64,000 bases of DNA from positions 234,918,001 to 234,982,000 of the forward strand of contig OZ024743.1 of NCBI GenBank assembly GCA_964016885.1. The letters are read 5' to 3'. The notes beneath the pieces were generated by a model. It was not told the DNA's origin, did no database searches, and was given only the letters and a program-made list of their open reading frames with translations. This DNA is from Eledone cirrhosa (taxonomy: Eukaryota). Shown here piece by piece: positions 51,020 to 64,000 of this stretch (position 1 is its first letter; each line of letters opens with the position of its first letter). A program made the position numbers and the translations under genes.

Positions 51020-51841
51020 TATTTTTAATAGGGCAATTGCAATTGCGATTAGAAAGATTATTATTATTAATTATTATTAATTCATTATTCTTTTCTCCCT
51101 TTCATCTAACTCATTCATGCTCATCTCACAATATACCCTTACTTAAATTACCTATTCTTTTTAATAATACATATCAACATTTTCTTTCCATCGCACATAT
51201 TATTAAACCCTTAAATATTATTCTCAATACATATTAACATTTTCTTTTTCATCACACATATTATCAAACCCCTCAATATACAAACCTAACTTTACATTAT
51301 TTTTCTCTTCGTTAATTTTCAAATTCTTTTAATTTATACATTATCTTCCAACGGTTTTCAACCTCTCTATGTAAAACAATATATCTTTCTCAGTTATAAA
51401 AGCTATCTCTCTCTCTCTATCACCCATCTCTCCTCCTATCTCATCCTTCCTCATTATACTCCTCCCTCTCCACTTTTTACTCTCATCTCCTCCTCTTTTT
51501 CACCCCCCCCTTCAAAATAAAATATTTTTCCCAATATCACACATCAATCTAAAACTACTTCTCATATGTTGATTTAAAATGGAACTATCCACAAGTGTTT
51601 TTTAACCTTCATATCATGTCTTCCTGTTTTATCTGATGAAAACACAAATATTATTGCATGATGATATTTGTTTTTGAAATGCGCATAATAAAATACATGG
51701 GACTCTTTTAACCATCTTTTGTTCTTATATATTATGTATACTCCAGTCCTACAAACTGTAGAGTGCTTCTTATCCGATATCTGCATTGCTTTATTGTACT
51801 ACAATAAAACTCACCTCCTACATTATATTATATATATATAT

Positions 51842-51882
<41 letters not shown>

Positions 51883-51902
51883 TATATATATATATATTAT
51901 AT

Positions 51903-51933
<31 letters not shown>

Positions 51934-52387
51934 ATATATATATCTGATGATGATTATATATATATATATTATATATATATATATTATATATATATATATA
52001 TTATATATATATATATTATATATTATATATATATATATATATATTATATATATTATATATATATATATTATATATATATATATATTATATATATATATAT
52101 TATTATATATTATATATACATATATCAAAATCGCCAACTCGCTATTCTGGTATGGCTGTTTCCTCGGTATAAAGTAACGTTCAAATATTTTTCTCGATTC
52201 TTCTCTCCATTCTAATCCATTAGTCATTCATTCATTCACCATTCTATATCATATTTTCACCATTCTATATCATATTTTTTCTCTAAAACCATATTTTCTC
52301 TATCGTATTTTCTCAAACAAAACAAATCTTGTATTTTCGTTTATTGTTAAATTATGCCCAAAATACGGGGATCTTATCTTAAACCTT

Positions 52388-55300
52388 ACCTTCTCGCTAA
52401 CTACCCAACATCGCTCCCTCCCGCCCCCACGCACCACCATTATTACGTGGACCAATCATAAGTCAGAGGCCCATACTATCGCTTAACTGGTTGCTTTTCG
52501 ATATGATGGATGGACTACGGAATTCTGGAGAGTTGAAGAGAGAAAAATGTGGACGCTCAGCGACAATGCCAAAGATAAAGACAAATTCGCCTCGTGGACG
52601 AGAATGCAAGCACTCCTCCTTGTTTCGGCCGAGGATGGCTAACATACCCCCCCCGCGCCCCACCCTCCAAACGCAATCCAAAACTTCAGAGTTGGTACCA
52701 TGAATGTAGGCACCTTAAAGGGCCGCTCTAACGAGGTTGCAGAAATGCTTGAACGTAAGGAGGTCGATATTTGTTGTATTCAAGAGACCAGGTGGAGGGG
52801 AGGGTCTGCTAGATTCATCGTGTGTAAAGAACGATGCTATAAGCTTTTCTGGGTGGGAAATGACAATGGGCTGGGTGGAGTAGGAATCATGGTAGCAGAA
52901 AAGTGGGCAGATAAGATAATAGACGTAAATAGAGTGAACGACAGAATAATTAAAATAAGACTTGTCCTCAATAAAACTACGGTGACAGTAATATCTGCGT
53001 ACGCACCCCAATCCGGACTGCCCGGCGCTATAAAAGACAGATTCTATGAGACACTGATGCTCGCTACCTCCCAAATAACCGACAGTGACTATATAATTAT
53101 TGCAGGCGACCGAAATGGTCACGTTGGACAACATTGTGACGGCTATGGAATTCTGTGACGCAAATAACCTAACTATCTGTAACACTAACTTCAAAAAACG
53201 AGACAATCACTTGATCACCTATAGATCGGGGGAACACACAAGCCAGGTAGATTATATCCTTACCAGAAGACGTGACAGAGTGTCTGTTGTTAACACTAAA
53301 TCCCTCCCCCATGAAGAATGCACCTCCCAACATAGACTGATAATTAGCGACCTCATAGTCAGGACGAGACGTACTAGACAGCAGAAGAGGACTATCCTCA
53401 GGAGAAAAATATGGAAGCTAAAGGACCCCATAGCTAGAAATAAATTTCAAAGCATATTACTTGATGCTTTCGACTGTAAAGAAGAGCAATTAAAGTCGTA
53501 TAATATAGAGGAACAGTGGGAATTCCTGAAAGCAAACCTGCTGACGGCGGCAGACGAAGTCTGTGGCTGGAGCAGGCCTGTAGGTAGGAGGAGAGTAACA
53601 TGGTGGTGGAACAGTAAGGTGGAGGAGTCAATTAAGGCCAAAAAGCAGGCTTGGAAAGTATGGCGGGATGGGGGAAGTAGAGAAGACTATCAAGTGGCCA
53701 GGAGGGAAGCTAGGAGACAAGTGTACTTCGCAAGAAGGGAAGCAGAGGAAAGAAAGTTCAAGCATGTGCTACAACGTGAGGACCAAAAACGTGAGGTGTT
53801 CAGGATTGCTAGGCAATGTGTCAAGGAAAACCGTGATATTGTCGGGGAGAAGTGTGTACTTAATGATGATGGCATACTTGCCATCACTGACGCTGATAAG
53901 AAGGTAGCTTGGAAGTGTCACTACGAAAGGCTTCTAAATGAGGAGAACAAATGGGAGAAAGTCAGTCTCCCCCACATCGACCCAATAGAGGGACCAGTAG
54001 TGTTAGTCGAAGGTAGTATAATAAGTAAGGCAATCAAAGATATGAAGACGGGTAAGGCGGCTGGGCCTTCGGAAATAGTTACTGAGATGCTGAAAGCCTC
54101 TGGAACGGTGGGACACACCATGGTCACCCGGATAGTAAACCAAGTCATACAGAATGGGGTTGTTCCGAAGGACTGGCATAGCAGCATCATCATTAACTGT
54201 TACAAGGGTAAAGGAGATGCCCTAGATAGGTGTAACTATAGAGGCATTAAATTAATCGACCAGGTCATGAAGGTCACGGAAAAAGTAATAGCGCATCTAA
54301 TCAGAGAGAGAATTGATCTAGATGAAATGCTGTTCGGGTTTGTGTCAGGCAAAAGTACCACAGACGCTCTTTTCATTGTACGACAACTACAGGAGAAGTA
54401 CCTAGCTAAAAGTAAACCCCTATACTTAGCTTTTGTTGACTTGGAGAAAGCCTTCGACAGAGTCCCCCGTTCCATTATCTGGTGGGCTCTTAGAAAACTA
54501 GGTGTTGCAACGAATATAGTGAAGAGTTTAGCGTAAAAATTGGTGTCCATCAGGGCTCTGTTCTTAGCCCCCTACTATTTATTATTGCCCTTCAGGCTAT
54601 AACAGAGGAGTTCAAGACCGGCTGCCCATGGGAACTCCTATACACAGATGATCTAACGCTCATAGCTGAATCAATGACCGAACTAGAGAAGAAATTCCAA
54701 AAATGGAAGCACGGCCTAGAATCAAAAGGCCTTAAAATTAACCTGGCTAAGACCAAAGTTCTAGTTTGTAAGAAAGAAAATAAGGCGGCGGTCCCTTCCG
54801 GGAAGTGGCCATGCTCAGTGTGTAGGAAAGGCGTAGGTAGAAACTCCATTTTATGTCCCAAATGCAAAGTATGGGTGCATAAAAGATGTAGTGGGATCAC
54901 AGGTAGGCTAACTAAGAACATAGATTTTACATGTGGCCGGTGCTCTGGTGCAATAAGTAGCAGCAAGTGCCCACAAATACTAGCTCTTTCAATTGCGCAG
55001 AGGGCTCTATAGAAATAGTGGACAGCTTTCGTTACCTGGGTGACAAAATCAGCAGTGGGGAGGGTGCTCTGAAAGTACAGTAGCTAGAGTCAGAAGTGGA
55101 TGGAAAAAGTCCAGAGAGCTTATACCACTATTAGTCGCTAAAGGGTTCTCCCTAAAAATGAAAGGCAGGTTATACGATGCCTGCATACGAACGGCAATGC
55201 TACACGGCAGTGAGACCTGGGCAATGTGTGCAGAGGATATACGCAGACTAGAGAGGAACGAAGCTTGCATGCTCCGCTGGATGTGCAATAGTAATATACG

Positions 55301-56102
55301 TGAACGGCTAAGCATAAACGAACTAAGGAAAAAATTAGAAATAAGAGGGATCAGATGTTGTTTACTCGAGAGAAGGCTACGTTGGTACGGTCACGTGATG
55401 CGCATGAAAGACGACAGCTGTATAACAAAGTGCAGGGCAATAAAGATAGACAGTAGCCACGGAGTAGGCAGACCCAGAAAAACTTGGGACGACATGATAA
55501 ATTCCGACCTCACACGCTTACACCTCTCCAAGACAATGTCACTGGACCGAGACCTTTGGCGGTACTCAGTAATAGAGAAGACCCGCCTTACCTAAATACA
55601 AAGTAAAACCTACTACAGTCAGTAGGCATCTCTATCAAAACACACCCCCGTCCCACCCACCCCACCCCATCCACACCGCTCCTTTCAATGTAAAGTTATG
55701 TTGGTGCCACAACATCCAGGCCGAAACAAATGAGATCGTGTAGGTGTCATGACAAAAAAAACACACAGTCCATGCTGTAAATGTGGCCGTGTAGGCAACA
55801 CGGTAAAAACCTCCCAGCCCCACACTGTAAATGTGGTTGGTGTTAGGAAGGGCATCCAGCTGTAGAAAACCCGCCAGACAGTCCACGCTGTAATGTGGCC
55901 GTGTAGGCAACACGGTAAAAACCTCCCAGCCCCACACTGTAAATGTGGTTGGTGTTAGGAAGGGCATCCAGCTGTAGAAAACCCGCCAGACAGTCCTATG
56001 CGAGCAAGACAACCACTCTTGCCTCAAGTGGGAAAACCCCCGTCCAAACCCATGCAAGCGTGGAACACGGACGCTAAACCTTGATGATGATGATGATGAT
56101 GA
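52388..56102 (+). mobile_element. RTE LINE family A, copy 2, near full length
   Basis: Highly similar to the reverse complement of 757-4490; (ATG)n tail at 56082-56102; ~119-bp tandem duplication in the 3' UTR (55765-55995). Confidence 0.93.
52566..55595 (+). pseudogene. Disabled RTE ORF (APE, RT, PHD-like finger)
   Basis: Frameshift in the C-run at ~52650, deletions at ~53146 and ~54507, YADD changed to YTDD, further frameshifts at ~54980 and ~55060. Confidence 0.92.
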
Positions 56103-56104
56103 TA

Positions 56105-56194
<90 letters not shown>

Positions 56195-56433
56195 ATATAT
56201 ATATTATATATATATATTATATATATATTATATATATATTATATATATAAATATATTATATATATATTTTATATATATTATATATATATTATATATATAT
56301 ATTATATATATTATATATATATTATATATATTATATATATATATATATATTATATATATATATATATATTATTATATATATATATATATATTATATATAT
56401 ATATATATTATATATTATATATATTATATATAT

Positions 56434-56539
<106 letters not shown>

Positions 56540-56583
56540 ATATATTATATATATATTATATATATATATATATATTATATATA

Positions 56584-56622
<39 letters not shown>

Positions 56623-56630
56623 ATATATAT

Positions 56631-56976
56631 ATCATCATCACCGTTTTACGTCCGTTCTTCCACGCTAGCATGGGTTAGACGGGTTGTCCTGTTGTGGGCA
56701 GTGTCTGGTCGGCTGACCATGCCTTGCTCATACAGGAACTGATCTGGCTTGATTTCTACAGCTGGATGCCCTTCCTAACACCAACCTCATTTACAGTGAG
56801 TGCTGGGTGCTTTTTCGTGGCGCCTACAAGTCCACTTTACAGTGTGGGCTGGGTGCTTTTTTGCCGTGGCACCTCTACGACCACCTTGCGGTGGGGGGGA
56901 GTGGGGGCATATTGTTTATATGCTTCAGCATGTACCCATGGGAGGTCGGGTACCCTGTATTACTGCGTGACGCCAG
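56631..56976 (-). mobile_element. RTE family B 3' UTR fragment between (TA)n tracts
   Basis: Matches 24036-24380. Confidence 0.88.
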
Positions 56977-57156
56977 TAATATATATATATTATATATATA
57001 TATATATATATAATATATATATATATAGATTTTGAGTTTATGTTGGTTGTATACCAACACCTCAGTATGCAGGCTGGAGCACTCGACGAAGTGCGCAGGT
57101 TTGTTTGGTTACTCCGGAGTAGTGTAAAATAAAGTTAAATAAAAGCTTCGTTTATT

Positions 57157-57211
57157 ACTGCTATATATATTTCAGTGACAGCCATCTTTGGCTGTGACCT
57201 CTTCAGGCAGT
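57157..57211 (-). ncRNA. Minimal type I hammerhead ribozyme in the PLE 3' terminus
   Basis: Minus strand: ACTGC-CTGAAGA-GGTCACAGCCA AAGA TGGCTGTCACT-GAAA-TATAT-ATA-GCAGT; AUA triplet; palindromic stem III. Confidence 0.8.
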
Positions 57212-58407
57212 TTGAATTAGTATGGTATAGACAAGTACATATGTTATTTAGGTGTATGATATTGTCAATACTCTGATATGCCCAGTTCCTTGTTGGGTTG
57301 TTAATTCACTGGGGAACTGGAGTCATATGAATTCAAACAAACGAATTTTCGTGTCACAGGTCCCCTTCTCCTCTCATTGGTCAGTTATTAGAACATTCCT
57401 CATTCTAAGTGTTGTTATTGTTGGAGTTAGCTTAAAAATTGATAAAATGGTAGAAGGGACAAGGTGTTAAAGGAACAAAATAACAAAAAAAGTGTCAAAC
57501 TTCCCATTGTTCAGTTCTGAGAGCATTCCTCAGTCAGAAGTCTATAGAATTCTTTCTGTGGTGTTTTTGCCTGCTATTGTTCAGTACATTTGACCTCCAC
57601 CATTATTTTGGTACTGTTGTTGTTGTAGTGGTCAGCTTATATCTTGCTGCTGCTAACAATTTAGAAGTATCTAGTTTGTGTTTTTTCTTCATCCCTCCCG
57701 CCACCATCGTAGTGGTGGTGGTGGTGGGTGGGTGGGGGTGGGGGGTTCTTTCATGTATATGAAGAAATATAAGGCAATAAATGAAGAAAACAGAAAATAA
57801 ATAAATAATATAATAAAATAAAATAATTAATATAATTTGTGTAATTTGAAAATAAATAAATAAATAGAGAATAAAGAATAAAGAGTAAATGAGAGATTGG
57901 TGAAAAAGTAATGATAATGTATATGGAGAAGTAAGAAATAATGTAGGATAAAGTGTGTGTGTGTGCTATAACCAATCTCAAGGTCAGAATATGTTGGATA
58001 GATTGGTATGATACAAGATGTTAAGATGAGATATTCAATGTGTTTGTGTTATAATCTATCTCAACTTAAAATAAATATAAGGTGATACAGTGAAGAGGGC
58101 AGAAAACAAATAACAAATTAATAAAGAGAAATCAAGATTTAAGATTGGAACTTGAAAGTCAGAAATCTGGTAAATTAAAAGTGTTTGTGTTATAGATGTT
58201 GGCCAAATTATTATGGGTGTGTCCGATTCTATCTCTAGGCTATCATGGTGTCTGCTCCGCCTGGGTTGTTCCCTGTGGCTTGAGGGGAGTTCACAACCTA
58301 GGGTGTTGTTATTGCCCATATAGCTTGAGGGAGGTCTGGCCGAGAGGTGTTTTCATGTTCTGTAGAAGTCCCTATAGCTTGAGGGGAGTTCACATCTTCT
58401 TGTGTTG

Positions 58408-59093
58408 TTACTGTCCATATATTTTGAGAAAGGTCCCGGCTCTAAGGTGTCTGCATGGCCCGAAGAAGTCGGTCCTGAGGTTTATCAGGCCGCTTCCACC
58501 TCTTAGTATCTCGAGGGTCCCGTTCAGGCATAGTTTGCATATGCAAGATCCCCCTTTATCGGGTGGTACTTTCCTGATTATGTACCAGGCCAGAGAGTAT
58601 GGGGTCCTGTCCAGCTTAAGCTTCCAGATCAGGTCGGAGAGAGCTGTGCTTTTCCTTTTGGCCTCCTTCTTGAATGAATGGCGATGGTTGTACCAGCGGT
58701 CCTTAAAGCTCGTTGATGTGGCTCCTATGTAGAGGTGTTCGGAGTTGGGGGTTTTAACCCTACAACCGTACACTAAGTTCTTCTTGAGACATTCATTACC
58801 AAGGGGGCATGATTCGGGGTTTCTGCAGTTGCAGAGGGTGGTCGGCCTCTGCGTGCCTAGATTAGGGTTCTCATTATGTGTTACATGTGGTCTTCCCCCA
58901 TGCTCGGTGGGGGGTCCTTGGGTCTGTTTGTGTTTCTTGGGTGGGCTCTGGGTCCCCCCTTCCCTCCTTTCACATGGTTCTGCTGAGTGTTTGTATTGCC
59001 ATCTTCTGGTTGTGTGTGGTTTTTAAGCCTACTTCTGTTGATGCTAGCTATGTGTTGGCCCAAATTTCTCGTGGTGGAATACGAAAGCTTCAC
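58408..59093 (-). pseudogene. PLE GIY-YIG endonuclease region, truncated and disrupted
   Basis: ORFs 58881-59093 and 58408-58773, with the CxCx5C motif between them. Confidence 0.85.
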
Positions 59094-59174
59094 AGTGTAT
59101 ATCTATATATATATTATATATATATATATTATAAATATATATATATATTATATATATATATTATATATATATAT

Positions 59175-59208
<34 letters not shown>

Positions 59209-59332
59209 ATATTATATCTATATATATATTATATATATATATATATTATAAATATATATATATTATATATATATTATATATATTATATATATATATATAT
59301 ATTATACATATATATTATATATATTATATATA

Positions 59333-59375
<43 letters not shown>

Positions 59376-59407
59376 ATATATGTTATATATATATATATAT
59401 ATATATT

Positions 59408-59439
<32 letters not shown>

Positions 59440-59440
59440 T

Positions 59441-60163
59441 ATATAAATGAGAGGTATAGAGATTGTTTTAGCAAGAAGCTAACGGCATTCTATAACATAT
59501 ATGCGACTATAACGTCAAGATGGGAAAAGTAGTTAACGAAAGATTTAGGAAAAATAACTCAAACTCATCTCAAAAGAGAATCAGGATATAAATTCATCCA
59601 CAGAATTTAGTAAAATCCAGGGAAAATCTATAGACCTTTAACTCATGATAAAATAAAGTTTGAAACACTTATCCTTCAATTTGGAATAACATCAAATGCT
59701 CTGTATAGTCTTAAAAGACTATTTCATGAAAACTTTCAGTGGAGATGGTCACGGTTGGAATTTCAATCATCAGCAGAGCTCAACAGAAAACCAGGGCTCT
59801 CACAGTAATATAATCCGAAAAAGGGAATTCTAAAACTGGCTAGTTCGCCTTCATGTGTATTTATGAAAAAGCACATGAGGAAAAAACGGGGCTAGTGACG
59901 TCAGGATGGAAGTGAATGTTTATTTACAAGAAATAGCAGTCAAATACATTCTGAAAAAAACTTTACAAAGGAGTTCAGCAAAATAGCAATATTATCACAG
60001 TTTTTATGAAAAAAACCGGGATTAGTCACAGATAGTTTAAGCACTCTAGGAAAAGAATCCGAGTATAAATATAAATGAGAGGTATAGAGATTGTTTTAGC
60101 AAGAAGCTAACGGCATTCTATAACATATATGCGACTATAACGTCAAGATGGGAAAAGTAGTTA
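59441..60163 (-). mobile_element. 628-bp HHR-containing unit with 95-bp terminal direct repeat, between (TA)n tracts
   Basis: 59441-59535 is identical to 60069-60163. Confidence 0.8.
59698..59779 (-). ncRNA. Type I hammerhead ribozyme with full stem III
   Basis: Minus strand: GCTCTG-CTGATGA-TTGAAA...TTTCAT-GAAA-TAGTCTT TT AAGACTA-TA-CAGAGC; 6-bp stem I, long stem III, AUA triplet. Confidence 0.8.
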
Positions 60164-60203
60164 TATATATATGTATATTATATATATATATATGTTATAT
60201 ATA

Positions 60204-60327
<124 letters not shown>

Positions 60328-60388
60328 ATATATATGTTATATATATATATATTATATATATATATATTATATATATATATATTATATA

Positions 60389-60566
<178 letters not shown>

Positions 60567-60590
60567 ATATTATATATATATATATTTTAT

Positions 60591-60939
60591 ATCATCATCA
60601 TCATCATCATCGTTTAACGTCCCTGTTCCACACTTGCATGGGCTTGGACGGGGGTTTTCCCACTTGAGGCAAGAGTGGTTGTCTTGTTCGCATAGGACTG
60701 TCTGGCGGGTTTTCTACAGCCCTGCACTTTGTTATACAGCTGTCGTCTTTCATGCGCATCACGTGACCATACCAACGTAGCCTTCTCTCGAGTAAACAAC
60801 ATCTGATCCCTCTTATTTCTAATTTTTTCCCTTAGTTCGTTTATGCTTTGCCGTTCACGTATATTACTATTACACATCCAGCGGAGCATGCAAGCTTCGT
60901 TCCTCTCTAGTCTGCGTATATCCTCTGCACACAATGCCC
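60591..60939 (-). mobile_element. RTE family A 3' fragment with internal deletion
   Basis: (CAT)n plus 3' UTR joined at ~60720 to the C-terminal coding region (equivalent to ~884 joined to ~1306). Confidence 0.88.
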
Positions 60940-61122
60940 ATATATATATATATATTATATATATATATTATATATATTATATATATATATATTATATATA
61001 TATATATTATATATTATATATATATATATATTATATATATATATATATTATATATATATATATATTATATATATATATATCATATATATATATATATTAT
61101 ATATATATATATATTATATATA

Positions 61123-61196
<74 letters not shown>

Positions 61197-61232
61197 ATAT
61201 ATATATATATTATATATATATATATTATATAT

Positions 61233-61264
<32 letters not shown>

Positions 61265-61361
61265 TATATATATATATATTATATATATATATATATTATA
61301 TATATATATATATTATATATATTATATATATAAATATATTATATATATATATTATATATAT

Positions 61362-61396
<35 letters not shown>

Positions 61397-61482
61397 ATAT
61401 ATATATTATATATATATATATATTATATATATATTATATATATAAATATATTATATATATATTTTATATATATTATATATAT

Positions 61483-61515
<33 letters not shown>

Positions 61516-61557
61516 ATATATATATTATATATATATTATATATATATATATATTATA

Positions 61558-61604
<47 letters not shown>

Positions 61605-61620
61605 ATATATATATTATATA
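60940..61620. repeat. (TA)n tract with frequent TT slips; similar tracts at 51825-52125, 56102-56630, 59096-59440, 60164-60590, 61710-61918 and 62690-63408
   Basis: Direct reading. Confidence 0.95.
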
Positions 61621-61710
61621 AGCAAGTCGTATGTGAATCGTGATGATCACGTCTGACCTACCAAATATGCGACGGTAGCTAGTTAAGTTTTATGCGTATA
61701 AGCAGAGCAC

Positions 61711-61747
<37 letters not shown>

Positions 61748-61793
61748 CGTTTCTGAATTTGTTTAGCAAGATTCTTTATAGATATATATATAT

Positions 61794-61921
<128 letters not shown>

Positions 61922-61981
61922 CAATTTAGAAGTCAAATACAATTCTTAAGCTCTAAGAAAATATTTCTGAGCATTACATTA

Positions 61982-62686
61982 CAATATAAAAAAATATGAT
62001 CAACACTATTGTGTTTTTGCAAAATGACAATAATTTTTTAGTCAGATAGAAATACCTTAATTCAAGTACATATAGTCCGCCTGTATCGATCTAGAAAATA
62101 TTAAATATTAAATCTATACTTACAGACGTAAAATGGCAACTGCCTGGTGCCTAGACAAGTTTAAATTTCAAAATTCAAACCTCTTCAGCAGATCGGTCCG
62201 AACTTCAAAACATAAACCTGTTTCACAAGGGATGGTAGACTAATTAAATAATTAATTAATTACAGAACAACTATTTATAAGATAATTATTAGTGAAGTAA
62301 TGAATTTTCTGTGATTTTCAATAAGCACCCAGAAATTATAGTTATTTCTCCTAAGATAATAATCTTAAGACTGATCTGTCGCAAGCCTCATACATGTGCT
62401 TTTGCACACGACCCCAGCTTTCTGGCTCATATCCATGGCGCAAGAAATAACAGCCGTAAATATGGGATTATGAATTCAGCTCTACAGAAGGAGCAGATAT
62501 ATATTTAAATTGTCTAGGCACCAGGCAGTTGCCATTTTACGTCTGTAAGTATAGATTTAATATTTAATATTTTCTAGATCGATACAGGCGGACTATATGT
62601 ACTTGAATTAAGGTATTTCTATCTGGCTAAAAAATTATTGTCATTTTGCAAAAACACATTAGTGTTGATCATATTTTTTTAAATTG
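61982..62686. repeat. Inverted repeat (~185-bp arms, ~335-bp spacer) between (TA)n tracts
   Basis: 61982-62166 is the near-perfect reverse complement of 62503-62686. Confidence 0.9.
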
Positions 62687-62728
62687 GAATTATATATATA
62701 TATATTATATATATATATATTATATATA

Positions 62729-62771
<43 letters not shown>

Positions 62772-62811
62772 ATATTATATATATATATATTATATATATA
62801 TATTATATATA

Positions 62812-62854
<43 letters not shown>

Positions 62855-62946
62855 ATATTATATATATATATTATATATATATATATTATATATATATATT
62901 ATATATATATATATTATATATATATATATTATATATATATATATAT

Positions 62947-62978
<32 letters not shown>

Positions 62979-63035
62979 ATATATTATATATATATATATT
63001 ATATATATATATATATATAATATATATATATATAT

Positions 63036-63148
<113 letters not shown>

Positions 63149-63227
63149 ATATTATATATATATATATTATATATATATATATTATATATATATATATATT
63201 ATATATATATATTATATATATATTATA

Positions 63228-63282
<55 letters not shown>

Positions 63283-64000
63283 ATATTATATATATATATA
63301 TATTATATATATATATATTATATATATATATATATATATTATATCTATATATATATTATATATATATATATATTATAAATATATATTATATATATATATT
63401 ATATATATGGAAGGTTATATTTAAATTGTTGGGTTACAACGAGTAAATATTTATAACTGATATAAAAGCACTCAACAAGTATTTGGAGTATATTTACGAT
63501 ATTAAATAAATGGAAACTATATTTATAAAACCATATTTATTTCATTATATATATTTCAGGGATATCATATTAACAATATGTTATGCCTTCTTCAGACAAA
63601 ATACAATATAGGCAGTTTTATAAATAAATAGATTTGACATACCTTTCAACATCGACTTGCATTTGAAAAGTTGATTTGGCAGTAAAAATATTATGGACAG
63701 TTGTAAACAGAAAGAAAGAAAGAAAGAAAGGAAGAAAGAAAGAAAGAAAGAAAAACGAAGAAAAAGATGAAATGCATGCAACTAAATAGAGAGAGATGGA
63801 AAGATAAATAAAGAGAAGAACTTCATGTAAAGAAACAGAGAGAGATATACAGAGAGAGGAAATAGATAGAGATAGATAGATATAGATAGAGAAAAGTAGG
63901 TAGTTGAACATCAGTTGAATGACGTAGCAATGATACATTTATTTATTTATTTATTTATTTAGCTCTAGTATTAATGTAAGGGAGATATATGTGGTTAGGA

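Larger units (their letters stand above)
57028..59095 (-). mobile_element. Second Penelope-like element, 3' part (linker, GIY-YIG, 3' region with HHR)
   Basis: KLSYSTTRNL..HIA, CNCRNPESCPLGNECL, LVYGC..YIGATSTSFKDRWYNH, CKLCL; bounded by (TA)n. Confidence 0.85.

Overview
AT-rich eukaryotic (metazoan) intergenic or intronic DNA made up almost entirely of repeats. The repeat landscape resembles octopus/coleoid cephalopod genomes; this is inference, not verified. No intact host gene can be supported. Contents: two near-full-length but disabled RTE-clade LINEs in opposite orientation, carrying a C4HC3 PHD-like finger inside the RT region; many RTE fragments; tRNA-derived SINEs; two Helitron remnants; a mariner-type MITE; three Penelope-like element (PLE) remnants with RT and/or GIY-YIG domains; minisatellites; multi-kb (TA)n arrays; and a 200-N gap. 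The most notable unannotated signal is a set of type I hammerhead ribozyme (HHR) motifs read directly from the sequence. Five lie in a 466-bp tandem array (37485-39714), which shows a compensatory base-pair change and ends in an inverted arm starting 9 nt from the predicted cleavage site. One lies in a 628-bp unit with 95-bp terminal redundancy, two lie in a long palindrome, and one lies at the 3' end of each of two PLEs. Together these suggest a retrozyme-like/PLE system associated with (TA)n.
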